From Anaerolineae bacterium (lineage in GTDB: Bacteria; Chloroflexota; Anaerolineae; S140-20), in contig JALUTT010000145.1 of NCBI GenBank assembly GCA_027021705.1, positions 32,001-96,000 of the forward strand: a DNA stretch of 64,000 bases, in the 5' to 3' direction. The notes beneath the pieces are model-generated. The model saw only the letters and a list, made by a program, of their open reading frames with translations. It did not search any database and was not told the origin of the DNA. This document shows positions 9,187-18,475 of the stretch, one piece after another. Position 1 is the stretch's first letter; each line of letters starts with the position of its first letter. A program made the translations under genes and the position numbers.

Positions 9187-9879
9187 ATGGACGTTCAGCA
9201 ACTCAAACGGCAGGCTGCCGAACGGGCCGTGGAGTTCGTGGAATCGGGGATGGTGGTGGGGCTGGGCCACGGCAGCACCACCGCCTTCGCCCTGCGCCGC
9301 CTGGCCCAACTCCTCCAAGGCGGTCGGCTCCACGACATCCTGGGGGTTCCTTGCTCCTCCCACACCGAGGCAGAGGCGCGGCGGCTGGGCATCCCGTTGA
9401 CCACGCTGGAAGAGCACCCGGTCGTGGACCTGACCATTGACGGGGCCGATGAGGTGGACCCGGCCCTGAACCTGATCAAGGGAGGAGGTGGGGCGCTGCT
9501 GCGGGAGAAGATCGTCGCCCAGGCCAGCCGCCGGGAGATCATCGTGGTGGACGAATCCAAGCTCTCGCCCGCCCTGGGCACCCGCTGGGCCGTGCCGGTT
9601 GAGGTGATCCCCTTCGGCTGGCGCTCCCAGGCCGCTTACCTGGAGTCCCTGGGCGCCGAGGTCGTCCTGCGACGCCGCGAGGACGGGACGCCCTTTCGGA
9701 CCGACCAGGGCAACCTGATCCTCGACTGTCGCTTCGGTCCCATACCCGATCCGGCTCCCCTGGCCGCCCGCATCAAGGCGCGAACCGGCATCGTGGAGCA
9801 TGGGCTCTTCCTGGGGATGGCGACCGATGTCATCGTCGCCGGACGGGAGGGGATCCGCCACCTGCGACGTGACGGGTAG
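9187..9879 (+). CDS. rpiA: Ribose-5-phosphate isomerase A
   Basis: [55 protein letters not shown]. Confidence 0.97.
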   Translation: MDVQQLKRQAAERAVEFVESGMVVGLGHGSTTAFALRRLAQLLQGGRLHDILGVPCSSHTEAEARRLGIPLTTLEEHPVVDLTIDGADEVDPALNLIKGGGGALLREKIVAQASRREIIVVDESKLSPALGTRWAVPVEVIPFGWRSQAAYLESLGAEVVLRRREDGTPFRTDQGNLILDCRFGPIPDPAPLAARIKARTGIVEHGLFLGMATDVIVAGREGIRHLRRDG

Positions 9880-9881
9880 GG

Positions 9882-11027
9882 ATGCACATTCTCCTCTGCG
9901 AGCCCTACTTCACCGGCTCTCACCGGGCCTGGGCCGAGGGGTACGCCCGCCACAGCCGCCATCGGGTTACCCTCCTCACCCACGCCGGCCGCTTCTGGAA
10001 GTGGCGGATGCAGGGTGCGGCCCTCACCCTCGCCCAGGCCGCCCGGTCCCTCGTGGCCCGCGACGGTCCCCCCGACCTGCTCCTGGCCACCGATATGCTC
10101 CACCTGCCCGCCTTCCTGGGCTTCACCCGCCGCTTTCTGGGCGATCCCCCCGTCGCCCTCTACATGCACGAGAACCAGCTCACCTATCCGCCCCCACCCG
10201 GCACGAAGCCGGACCTGACCTACGCGATGATCAACTGGCTGAGCATGGCGGCCGCCGACCGCATCTTCTTCAACTCCGCCTACCACCGGGCGGTCTTCTT
10301 CGAGGCCCTGCCCCGCCTGCTCAAGCATTTCCCCGACTACACCCATACCCCCCTGATCGAGGCGGTCGCTGCCCGCTGTGAGGTGCTCCCCGTGGGGGTG
10401 GACCTGCGCCGGCTGGATGGCCCCTGCCCCGACCGCGCCGATGGGCCGACCGTCATCCTCTGGAACCAGCGTTGGGAGTACGACAAGGACCCGGCCACCT
10501 TCTTCGCCGCCCTCTACCGGCTGGCCGACGAAGGGCTCCCCTTCCGCCTCATCCTGGCCGGCGAGAACTTCCGGCGCAGTCCCCAGGAGTTCGAGGAGGC
10601 CCGGCGGCGGCTGGCCGACCGGCTGCTCCACTTCGGCTACGCCGAGCCGGAAGTCTACCCCTGCCTGTTACGCCAGGCTGACGTGGTGGTCAGCGCCGCC
10701 CGGCAGGAGTTCTTCGGCGTCGCCGTCGTCGAGGCGATCTACGCAGGCGCCTTCCCCGTCCTGCCCCGCCGCCTCACCTATCCCGACCTCATCCCACCCG
10801 CCTACCACGACCGGTGCCTCTACGACGACTTGGAGGGGCTGGTGACGCGACTGCGCTGGGCCGTGATCCACCGGGAGCGAGCACGAGCCATCGCCCGGGC
10901 GCTACGTCCCATCGTCGCTTCTTTCGATTGGGCCGAACTGGCACCTCGCTACGACGAACGGCTGGCCGCCCTCCGGCAGGCCGACGAGGATCGGCCGCCT
11001 CCTGCAGCCCATCCCCCAGCAGGTTGA
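9882..11027 (+). CDS. GT-B glycosyltransferase of the GTDC1/DUF3524 family
   Basis: [61 protein letters not shown]. Confidence 0.85.
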   Translation: MHILLCEPYFTGSHRAWAEGYARHSRHRVTLLTHAGRFWKWRMQGAALTLAQAARSLVARDGPPDLLLATDMLHLPAFLGFTRRFLGDPPVALYMHENQLTYPPPPGTKPDLTYAMINWLSMAAADRIFFNSAYHRAVFFEALPRLLKHFPDYTHTPLIEAVAARCEVLPVGVDLRRLDGPCPDRADGPTVILWNQRWEYDKDPATFFAALYRLADEGLPFRLILAGENFRRSPQEFEEARRRLADRLLHFGYAEPEVYPCLLRQADVVVSAARQEFFGVAVVEAIYAGAFPVLPRRLTYPDLIPPAYHDRCLYDDLEGLVTRLRWAVIHRERARAIARALRPIVASFDWAELAPRYDERLAALRQADEDRPPPAAHPPAG

Positions 11028-11775
11028 CGGCCAGGACGGTGAGGGAGAGGGCCAGGCCCGGCGCGACGGCGATCCAGGGGGCCGTCCGCAGGTAGGTCCG
11101 CCCCTCGTTGAGCATTGCCCCCCACTCCGGCGTGCCTAGGGGGGGGCCTAGCCCCAGGAAGCTGAGGGCCGAGACGTTGAGGATTGCCCAGCCCAGTTGG
11201 AGGGTGGCCATCACCAGGACGGGGCCGGCCACGTTGGGCAGCAGGTAGCGCCGCAGCAACCGGAGGTGCCCCACCCCCACCGCCCGGGCGGCCAGGATGT
11301 AGGGCTGGCGGGAGACGGTGCGGGTGGCGCTGCGGACGACGCGCACGACGCCGGGAAGCCCCGTCAGCCCCGTCGCCAGGGCGATGTTGCCCATCCCCGG
11401 TCCCAGCAGGGCGACGACGCCCAACGCCAGCAGCAGGTGGGGGAAGGCCAGGAGCAGGTCCATCCCCCGGCCGATCAGTTCGTCCAGCACGCCCTCGTAG
11501 AAGCCGGAGAGCAGCCCCAGCAGGACGCCGGGCAGCGTCGCCAGGGCGGCTGCCAGGAGCCCCACCCCCAGCGTCCAGCGCCCGCCGTAGAGGAGCCGAA
11601 TCAGCAGGTCCCGGCCCAGCAGGTCGGTCCCCAGGGGGTGAGCCGGGCTGGGGGGGGCCAGCGGATGCTGGGGGTCCGTCGCCAGAGGGTCGAGGTGGAG
11701 CAGGGAGGGCAGGAGCCCGACGGCCAGGCCGGTGAGGAGAAGCCAGGCCAGGGCGATCCGGGTCTTGCCGGTCAC
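10789..11775 (-). CDS. Peptide/nickel ABC transporter permease (DppC-like)
   Basis: [14 protein letters not shown]-loop-like [26 protein letters not shown] start overlaps the upstream stop. Long C-terminal read-through. Confidence 0.9.
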   Translation of the reverse strand: MTGKTRIALAWLLLTGLAVGLLPSLLHLDPLATDPQHPLAPPSPAHPLGTDLLGRDLLIRLLYGGRWTLGVGLLAAALATLPGVLLGLLSGFYEGVLDELIGRGMDLLLAFPHLLLALGVVALLGPGMGNIALATGLTGLPGVVRVVRSATRTVSRQPYILAARAVGVGHLRLLRRYLLPNVAGPVLVMATLQLGWAILNVSALSFLGLGPPLGTPEWGAMLNEGRTYLRTAPWIAVAPGLALSLTVLAVNLLGDGLQEAADPRRPAGGRPAVRRSEVPVRPNRKKRRWDVAPGRWLVLAPGGSRPSAVASPAPPSRRRGTGRGRRVG

Positions 11776-12701
11776 CAGGACGCCTCCCGCAGGCGGGGGT
11801 CCAACCAGAGCTGGGCCAGGTCGGCGAGCAGGTTGACCAGGGTATAGACGGCGGCCCCCAGCAGGACGATGCCCTGGACGAGGGGCAGGTCGTGGACGAG
11901 GACGGCATTGAGGGCCAGTCGCCCCAGCCCCGGACGGGCGAAGATCGTCTCGGTGATCACCGTCCCGCCCAGCAGGAAGCCGGACTGGAGGGCCAGGAGG
12001 GTGAGGATGGGGGGCAGGGCGACGGTTCCGACGTGGCGGAGGAGGACTTGCCGCCAGGGGAGTCCTTTGGCCTGGGCGACGGTGACGTACCGCTGGCCCA
12101 GCACCTCCAATAGGCTGGCGCGAACCATGCGGGCGATGGAACCCGCCGAGGTCCAGCCCAGGGTGAGGGCCGGGAGGACCAAGGAGAGGGGGCCTTCCCG
12201 GCCCGAGGCGGGCAGCCATCCCAGCCAGACGCTGAAGAGGAGGATGCCCAGCAGGCCGGACCAGGCGACGGGCGAGGAGAGGCCGGTCAGGGCCAGGGCC
12301 ATACAGCCGGCGTCCCAGCGGCTCCCCGCCCGCAGCGCGGCCACCGTCCCCAGCACCCCGCCGATCAGGAGGGCGAGTCCCAGGGCGGCTACCGCCAGCT
12401 CGAAGGTCGCCGGAACGGCGTCGGCCAGCACCTGGAGGACGGGGCGGTTGTCGGACCAGGAGCGGCCCAGGTCCCCTTGCAGCAGCCGCGTCAGGAAGCG
12501 CAGGTACTGGGTTGCCAGGGGATCATCCCAGCCCAGGGCCGCCCGCCGCCGGGCGATCTGGGCGGCCGAGGCACCGGAGCGGGCCATCTGCACCGTCACC
12601 GGGTCGCCGGGCAGCAGGTGCAGGGCCAGGAAGGTGAGGGTGGCCGCTGCCCACAGGACCAGGAGGCCGGCCAGAAATCGTCGCACGAGGATACGGAGCA
12701 T
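11772..12701 (-). CDS. Peptide/nickel ABC transporter permease (DppB-like)
   Basis: LPGDP, GDLGRS, YVTVAQAKGL, ETIFARPGLGRL, DLPLVQG, LDPR. Confidence 0.92.
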   Translation of the reverse strand: MLRILVRRFLAGLLVLWAAATLTFLALHLLPGDPVTVQMARSGASAAQIARRRAALGWDDPLATQYLRFLTRLLQGDLGRSWSDNRPVLQVLADAVPATFELAVAALGLALLIGGVLGTVAALRAGSRWDAGCMALALTGLSSPVAWSGLLGILLFSVWLGWLPASGREGPLSLVLPALTLGWTSAGSIARMVRASLLEVLGQRYVTVAQAKGLPWRQVLLRHVGTVALPPILTLLALQSGFLLGGTVITETIFARPGLGRLALNAVLVHDLPLVQGIVLLGAAVYTLVNLLADLAQLWLDPRLREASW

Positions 12702-12721
12702 ATCTCCCCCGTTGAATCGGC

Positions 12722-14326
12722 TCACCGGGACGCCGATGGAGCCCACTCCAGGTCCACCAGCCAGGGGAACCAGCCCCGGGCGTCGTAGCGCAACCCTCGC
12801 AGCCGGGCGTCGGCCACGTTCAGGTTCACGTAGTCCCGGATGGGCAGGATCCAGGCTTCTTCCATGATGCGCTGCTGCACCCGGCGGTAGAGGGCGGTTC
12901 GGGCTGCCGGGTCCTGCTCCCGCGCAGCCTGGTCCAGCCAGCCGTCCACCTCGGCGTCGGCGACGCGGGCCATGTTGAAGCCTCCCTCCGAGTGGAAGAA
13001 GGTGCGCAGGAGGTCTGGGTCGCTGCCGGAGAGGAAGAAGGCGGCCAGGTGGTGAGCTCCCTTGCCCGTTGCCTCCAGCAGCTCCCCGAAGGGGACCACC
13101 CGGGCGTTCACCCGGATGCCCACCTGCTGCCACTGGTCCTGGAGGAGCTGGGTCACCTCCGGCAGGAAGCCCCAGCTGCCGATGTAGACCTCCAGTTGCA
13201 GGGGCTGCCCATCCCGCTCCCGCACCCCGTCGCCGTCGGCGTCGGTCCAGCCGGCCTCCTCCAGCAGCGCCCTGGCCCGGTCGGGGTCGTAGGGGTAGAA
13301 CTGCCGGACCGCCGGGTCGTACCCCAGCGTCACCGCCGTCAGCGGTCCGTAGGCCACCGGGGAGGTGCCGCCGAAGACCGTCTGGACGATGGCCTCCCGG
13401 TCGGTGGCATAGAGGAGGGCCTGGCGGATCCGGCGGTCGTCGGTGGGGGCTTTCTGGGTGTTGATGTGGAACTGGAGGGACATCCCCGGGATGGGGACGG
13501 GGTAGAGGCGGAATCGCTCGTCGGCCTCCAGCCGCTGGGCGTCCTGGGGCGGGACTTCACCCATCACCTGGGCCTCACCCGATTCCAGGGCCAGGGCGCG
13601 GGTGGCCGGGTCCACGTAGAAGCGGAACTCGATCTCCTCGATGGCCGGCGGCCCCTGGCGGGCGAAGAGGGAGGGCCCCCACCGGTAGTCCGGGTTGCGT
13701 CGTAGGAGCAGGTGGTCGTTGGGGACGTACTCAACGAAACGATAGGGGCCGGTTCCCACCTGGTGGAACTGGTAGTCGGCCCCCCACCGGCGGAGGGCGG
13801 CCGGTGAGGCCATCCCCAGGTAGACCTGGCTGAGCCCGTCCAGCAGCGGGGCGTAGGGTTCCTTCAGGTGGATGCGGACCGTTCGCTCGTCCACCACCTC
13901 GGTGCGGTCGTAGGGGCCTAGCAGGAAGACGGCCTTGCGGGAGCCAGTCTCCGGGTCGGCGATGCGGTCCAGGTTCACCTTCACCGCCTCGGCGTTGAAG
14001 GGGGTGCCATCGTGGAAGTGGACGTCGGAGCGCAGGTAGAAGGTGTAGGTGCGCCCGTCGTCGGAGACCTCCCAGCGTTCCGCCAGCCCTGGGACGAAGG
14101 CGCCGGTCTCCGGGTCCTGGTAGACGAGGGTGTCGTAGACGCTGGTGAGGGGGATGCCCAGCTCCGAGGAGGCCCCGATGTGGGGGTCGAAGCCGGAGAC
14201 GGGGGCCAGGGTCAGGCCGTAGACGATGCGGGTGGGCTCTTTGGCCTGTCGGGAGGTGCAGCCCACCAGAAGCAGGGAGAAGATCACGAGAAGGCTTGGG
14301 ATGCGCAGGCATTGCCGTGGCTTCAT
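12722..14326 (-). CDS. Family-5 ABC substrate-binding lipoprotein (DppA-like)
   Basis: Lipobox LLVGC. VYDTLV, PGLAERW, FHDGTPFNAEAV, GTGPY. Confidence 0.92.
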   Translation of the reverse strand: MKPRQCLRIPSLLVIFSLLLVGCTSRQAKEPTRIVYGLTLAPVSGFDPHIGASSELGIPLTSVYDTLVYQDPETGAFVPGLAERWEVSDDGRTYTFYLRSDVHFHDGTPFNAEAVKVNLDRIADPETGSRKAVFLLGPYDRTEVVDERTVRIHLKEPYAPLLDGLSQVYLGMASPAALRRWGADYQFHQVGTGPYRFVEYVPNDHLLLRRNPDYRWGPSLFARQGPPAIEEIEFRFYVDPATRALALESGEAQVMGEVPPQDAQRLEADERFRLYPVPIPGMSLQFHINTQKAPTDDRRIRQALLYATDREAIVQTVFGGTSPVAYGPLTAVTLGYDPAVRQFYPYDPDRARALLEEAGWTDADGDGVRERDGQPLQLEVYIGSWGFLPEVTQLLQDQWQQVGIRVNARVVPFGELLEATGKGAHHLAAFFLSGSDPDLLRTFFHSEGGFNMARVADAEVDGWLDQAAREQDPAARTALYRRVQQRIMEEAWILPIRDYVNLNVADARLRGLRYDARGWFPWLVDLEWAPSASR

Positions 14327-14823
14327 CGCGTTCCTCCGGGGTTGTGGGTGATCGCTGTCCAGCGGTCGCCGGCCCGCGTCCACTCTTGGCGGTGGCCGAG
14401 GCCGGCCCGGTTGTCAATCCAACGCAGCCAATGCGGGGTGATGCGGTATAGGGCTGCCTGGGAGAGGGCGCGGAACAGGGCGGGGTCGGTGAGGACGAAG
14501 GGGAACTTGGCCGTGTAGCGGACCCAAGCCCTGGTCCGCTCCCCGCCGGTGACCCGGTGGCAGAGGCCCTCCATTTGGAGGCCCCGGATCTCCCGCCAGT
14601 GGGCCGAGGTGGCGTGGATGGTGACGGCCACCCGGGGGTCCCGGGCCACGTTGGCCGCGTGGCGGCTGTCGGTTGCCGAGACGAAGTAGAGGATCAGGTC
14701 GTCGGTCTCGGCGTAGTAGAGGTCGGCGGCCTGGGGTTCTCCGTCAGGACCGACGGTGGCGAGGGTGAGGGTGGTGTGGTCGGCCAGGAAGGCCCGAATC
14801 TGGGCGGGGAGGGGGTGGGTCAC
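14323..14823 (-). CDS. Pyridoxamine 5'-phosphate oxidase-like split-barrel protein (YhbP-like)
   Basis: LTLATV, SRHAANV..DPRVAVTI, IRGLQMEG, IDNRAGLGH. GTG start overlaps the ubiX stop. Confidence 0.8.
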   Translation of the reverse strand: MTHPLPAQIRAFLADHTTLTLATVGPDGEPQAADLYYAETDDLILYFVSATDSRHAANVARDPRVAVTIHATSAHWREIRGLQMEGLCHRVTGGERTRAWVRYTAKFPFVLTDPALFRALSQAALYRITPHWLRWIDNRAGLGHRQEWTRAGDRWTAITHNPGGTR

Positions 14824-15401
14824 CGGTCTGCCAGTCCTTTCCACGGGGTGAAAAGGTGGTTCTCGATTCCCAGGCGGGCCAGGATGCGGCCCACGGTCTG
14901 GTCCACCAGCGCCTCTACGGATGGGGGGCGGGCGTAGAAGGCGGGGACGGGGGGGAAGATGATGGCGCCCAGTTCGGCGGCCTGGACCATCAGCCGCAGG
15001 TGGCCCAGGTGCAGAGGGGCTTCGCGCACGACGAGGAGCAGTGGCCGGCCCTCTTTGAGGGTGACGTCGGCGGCGCGGGTGAGGAGGTCGGCGGCGTAGC
15101 TGTGGGCGATGGCGCTGAGGGTCTTGATGCTGCACGGGATGACGACCATGCCGTCGGTGGGGAAGGAGCCGCTGGCGATGGCGGCCCCGATGTCGTGGGG
15201 TTTGTAGACGACGTCGGCCAGGGCCTCGATAGCGTGCAGCGGGCGGTCGGTCTCGCTGCGAAGGGTGATGCGAGCAGCCGGGCTGATGATCAGGTGGGTC
15301 TCGACGGTGCTGTCTTGGGCTAAGGCATCCAGCAGCCGGACGGCGAGGATGGCGCCGCTGGCCCCGGAGATGCCGACGATCAGCCGTTTGGGTGAGGACA
15401 T
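14820..15401 (-). CDS. ubiX: Flavin prenyltransferase UbiX
   Basis: VGISGASG, IASGS, PCSIKTLSAIA, RAADVTLKE, PPVPAFY. Confidence 0.95.
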   Translation of the reverse strand: MSSPKRLIVGISGASGAILAVRLLDALAQDSTVETHLIISPAARITLRSETDRPLHAIEALADVVYKPHDIGAAIASGSFPTDGMVVIPCSIKTLSAIAHSYAADLLTRAADVTLKEGRPLLLVVREAPLHLGHLRLMVQAAELGAIIFPPVPAFYARPPSVEALVDQTVGRILARLGIENHLFTPWKGLADR

Positions 15402-15421
15402 TAATGTTCCTCGGCGTCCAA

Positions 15422-15477
15422 GGTAGTCGGGTGGTCGGGTGGTCGCTTGGTCAGGTGGTCAGGTGCTCGTTTGCTCA
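15422..15477. repeat. 8-mer tandem repeat block, left arm of an inverted pair
   Basis: ggtagtcg ggtggtcg ggtggtcg cttggtca ggtggtca ggtgctcg tttgctca. Approximate reverse complement of 16871-16926. Confidence 0.85.
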
Positions 15478-15510
15478 GATAGCGTCGGAATGTGAAACCT
15501 GATTACCTCC

Positions 15511-15738
15511 TCATAGCAACTCCAGAAAATCCTCCACACTCAATCGTGCCTGTTTCAAGATGTGTGCTAATGTGGAACGCTTGACAGGACGGTGCGCCGG
15601 GACAACGATCTTGAGCACCTCATCTCCCACACGCTTCTGTAACCGAATATGACTCCCCCGTTGGCGTACCACGGTCCAACCATCCCTTTGCAGGGCACGA
15701 ATGATGCGGTAGTATGGCAAGCTGGGCACTTTGCTCAC
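15511..15738 (-). CDS. hicA: HicA-family toxin
   Basis: GWTVVRQRGSH, VPAH, TLAHILKQA. GTGA overlap with hicB. Confidence 0.9.
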   Translation of the reverse strand: MSKVPSLPYYRIIRALQRDGWTVVRQRGSHIRLQKRVGDEVLKIVVPAHRPVKRSTLAHILKQARLSVEDFLELL

Positions 15739-15944
15739 AGCTCGACCTCCTGCACTACCGCACTCTCCCGCAGCAGCGGGATCAAATCATCTTCCACTGG
15801 TTCTAGATACAGCTCGATCGCTTCTTGAATATTTTTCAAAGCTTCCTCTACCGTCTCTCCCTCGCTGATGCAACCGGGCAGAGAAGGAACATATACGGTA
15901 TATCCACCCTCCTCACTGGGTTCAAGCACTACTTTGAAGCGCAT
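15735..15944 (-). CDS. hicB: HicB-family antitoxin (short form)
   Basis: EEGGYTVYVPSLPGCISEGETVEEALKNIQEAIELYLE. GGGGAGG RBS. Confidence 0.9.
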   Translation of the reverse strand: MRFKVVLEPSEEGGYTVYVPSLPGCISEGETVEEALKNIQEAIELYLEPVEDDLIPLLRESAVVQEVEL

Positions 15945-16052
15945 TGCGACCTCCCCTTGACCGAATTATCTTCAGCATAGTAAGACACTGCAGGCTTCAG
16001 TGCTACTACTGCCTGCCACAACCCCTCACGGGAATCCTTGCATCCGAGTGGC

Positions 16053-16397
16053 TTACCGACGGTTTTGGATGATGATCTCAGAGAGTAGACGGTTCAGATC
16101 GTTCAGCTTTGTCTGGAGAGCTTGCCTTCGTTCTTCGGGCAACTCACGCCAGCGCCGGGCGCGGGCACGCATCTCGGGAGTAGGTCGAGCGATGGGCATA
16201 CCGTGGGCCTCGAGCCAGGCGATGAGTTCGTCGCGGGTGGGCTCCCGCCCTTCGAGCAGCCAGATGGGGGGCTCGGCGACCGGGGAAGGTTCCTCTCGCC
16301 CCCGTCGCAGCTCGGCCACCGTCCGCTCTAGGACTTGTACTCGCGCTTCTAGTTCTTCCAGCCTTTCTTTTACTGAGAGGGAGGGTTGATGATCCAA
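16053..16397 (-). CDS. Hypothetical antitoxin-like protein, start uncertain, no toxin downstream
   Basis: N-terminal coiled coil (RLEELEARVQVLE) like the 16538-16834 product. The C-terminal LSEIIIQNRR resembles VapB-type tails. Confidence 0.5.
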   Translation of the reverse strand: MDHQPSLSVKERLEELEARVQVLERTVAELRRGREEPSPVAEPPIWLLEGREPTRDELIAWLEAHGMPIARPTPEMRARARRWRELPEERRQALQTKLNDLNRLLSEIIIQNRR

Positions 16398-16551
16398 TGG
16401 CGTTCTAGTCCTTGTACTCTGTCGAAATCTGTGTCGTCAGATGCGATAGCTGTCAGACCCAGGCGTTGGATGATTGCCATATGCAGCGCATCGCGCGGGA
16501 GTAGTTAGTATCCACATATACCGAGCCGCTATGCACTTCATCGAGCTTCAT
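16370..16551 (-). pseudogene. PIN-domain (VapC-like) toxin with large internal deletion and frameshift
   Basis: MKLDEVHSGSVYVDTN is joined out of frame to LPRDALHMAIIQRLGLTAIASDDTDFDRV...PPSQ*. These are the N- and C-terminal PIN motifs with the middle missing. Confidence 0.8.
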
Positions 16552-16834
16552 AGAGGCCACCGATTTTCAGGGAGAAATCATAGTCTGCGGCTTTCTCTTG
16601 CCCTAGGCATCCGGCCAATTCGTCCAGTATCTCTTCGGGCTGGGGAGCCTCCATAGGGAGAATGCGGATTTCGCCCGCTTCAATGACGATTCGCACTTGC
16701 TTGCCCAAGCCGGCTGCTTGTAGAGTCTCCTGGTTGATGATCAGATTCCCTGGGTGGCTTACTTGTTTCAGTTCCGCTACGGTTTGCTCCAACCGGCGGA
16801 CGCGCTTCTCCAGCTCTTCCAGTGTTGTTGCCAT
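16538..16834 (-). CDS. Putative antitoxin (coiled coil plus AbrB-like strands) upstream of the vapC remnant
   Basis: GGAGGAG RBS, MATTLEELEKRV, AbrB-like LQAAGLGKQVRIVIEAGEIRILP. Overlaps the PIN start. Confidence 0.65.
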   Translation of the reverse strand: MATTLEELEKRVRRLEQTVAELKQVSHPGNLIINQETLQAAGLGKQVRIVIEAGEIRILPMEAPQPEEILDELAGCLGQEKAADYDFSLKIGGLYEAR

Positions 16835-16847
16835 CGTCTCTCCTCCG

Positions 16848-16926
16848 CTGACCGCCGACCGCCGACCATTCGACCAGGCGACCACCTGACCACTCGACCA
16901 AGCGACCACCTGACCACCCGACCAAA
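16848..16926. repeat. 7-mer plus 8-mer tandem repeat block, right arm of an inverted pair
   Basis: ctgaccg ccgaccg ccgacc att cgaccagg cgaccacc tgaccact cgaccaag cgaccacc tgaccacc cgaccaaa. Confidence 0.85.
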
Positions 16927-16954
16927 TTATAACCGCCCTTCTTCCCCCCGTCAA
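16926..16954 (-). promoter_or_regulatory. Near-consensus sigma70-type promoter reading into the TA cassette
   Basis: TTGACG (16954-16949)-17 nt-TATAAT (16931-16926) on the minus strand. Confidence 0.75.
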
Positions 16955-17691
16955 TCGGCCTGACGCCAGGGGCAGAGCCGGCGGTCGAGGCCGTCTACGA
17001 CGAAGTAGAGGGTCAGGCCCAGCAGGCTCATCGCCAGCACGCCGGCGTACATCTGGGCGTAGCGCAACGCCCCCCAGCTCTCGACGATGATGTAGTAGCC
17101 CAACCCGGAGGTCGTGGCGTAGGTCTCGGCGATGAAGAGGACGGCGATGGCGGTCCCCACGCTGACCCGCAGGGCGGTGAGGACGGCCGGCAGGGAGGCC
17201 GGCAGGTAGACGTACCGGAAGAGCGCCCGCCGCCCCGCGCCCAGGGAGCGCACGGAGAGGATGAGCTCCGGGCGCAGGCCGGCCGCCTCGTCGCGCACGA
17301 CGACGAGGATCTGGAAGAAGAGGATCAAGGCGATGAGGAAGACCTTGCTCCCGTTGCCGGATCCGAGGAGGACGAGGATGACGGGCAGGAAGACGATCTT
17401 GGGGATGGGGTGCACGATGTAGATCAGAGGCGAGAAGAGGCGGTCGAGGGTGCGGATCTGGCCTAGCCCCAGCCCCGCCGGCACGGCGACCAGGACGGCC
17501 AGGACGATGGCGGCCACGACCCGCCCGGCGCTGACCAGCAGGTGTCGGCCCAGGTCGCCCGGGAGCTGGCGGGCGAAGACGAGGAGCACCACCGTCGGCG
17601 GCGGGAAGACGGGCCGGGCGATGAGCAGGGAGAGCAGTTCCCACAGGATCAAGGTGGCGACGAACCCCAGAGCCGCATCACGCCAGCGCAT
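16951..17691 (-). CDS. NitT/TauT-family ABC transporter permease
   Basis: FPPPTVV, PIPKIVFLP, SVRSLGAG, LPASLP, IAE...GLGY. Confidence 0.9.
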   Translation of the reverse strand: MRWRDAALGFVATLILWELLSLLIARPVFPPPTVVLLVFARQLPGDLGRHLLVSAGRVVAAIVLAVLVAVPAGLGLGQIRTLDRLFSPLIYIVHPIPKIVFLPVILVLLGSGNGSKVFLIALILFFQILVVVRDEAAGLRPELILSVRSLGAGRRALFRYVYLPASLPAVLTALRVSVGTAIAVLFIAETYATTSGLGYYIIVESWGALRYAQMYAGVLAMSLLGLTLYFVVDGLDRRLCPWRQAD

Positions 17692-18475
17692 TGGCCTCCT
17701 CTCCCATCAGCGTTCGCAGTTCGTTGCAGCGGGTGAAAAAGCGTTCCTGGTGGCGGTAGCCGGGCTCGCCGGCCTGGGGGTTGGAGACGACGACGGCCTC
17801 CCGATGGGGCGGGTGGCCCAGGACCAGAATCTTCTCGCCGATGAAAACGGCTTCCTCGATGTTGTGGGTGACCAGGATGGTCGTCAGGTGCTGCTCGGCG
17901 TGCAGCTCCCGGGTGAGGTTCTGGAGGTCCTCCCGCGTCAGGGCGTCCAGGGCACCGAAGGGCTCGTCCATCAGCAGCAGGTCGGGGTGCAGGGCCAGGG
18001 TGCGGGCGATGGCGGTCCGCTGGCGTTGGCCGCCGCTGATCTGGTGGGGGTAGAGGTGGGCGACGTGGGCGATGCCCAGCCGGCGAAGCCAGTAGGCCAC
18101 CCGGTCCTGGGCGTCGTCAAACCGCTCGTCGGCCGGGGCGTGCACGCCGTCGGGGCCGTAGAAGGCACGGATCTTCAGCCCCAGGGCCGCGTTCTCCTCG
18201 ACGGTGGCCCAGGGGAGCAGGCCGTAGTCCTGCAAGATCAGGCCGGTGCGGGGGCGGGGGCGGGTGAGGGGCCGGCCGTCCACCAGGACCCGGCCGGCGG
18301 TGGGGCGGCGCAGGCCCGCCAGCAGGTAGAGCAGCGTCGTCTTACCGCAGCCGCTGGGACCGATGACCGCCCAGGCTTCTCCCCGCTCGACGCTCCAGGA
18401 GAAACCCTCGAAGAGGGTGATGCCGCTGGGATAGGCGAAGGTGAGGTCCTGGACCTGGATCATCGGATCGTTCAT
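17678..18475 (-). CDS. NitT/TauT-family ABC transporter ATPase
   Basis: GPSGCGKTT, LLPWATV, ISGGQRQR, LLLMDEPFGALD, VTHNIEEA. Confidence 0.93.
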   Translation of the reverse strand: MNDPMIQVQDLTFAYPSGITLFEGFSWSVERGEAWAVIGPSGCGKTTLLYLLAGLRRPTAGRVLVDGRPLTRPRPRTGLILQDYGLLPWATVEENAALGLKIRAFYGPDGVHAPADERFDDAQDRVAYWLRRLGIAHVAHLYPHQISGGQRQRTAIARTLALHPDLLLMDEPFGALDALTREDLQNLTRELHAEQHLTTILVTHNIEEAVFIGEKILVLGHPPHREAVVVSNPQAGEPGYRHQERFFTRCNELRTLMGEEANALA

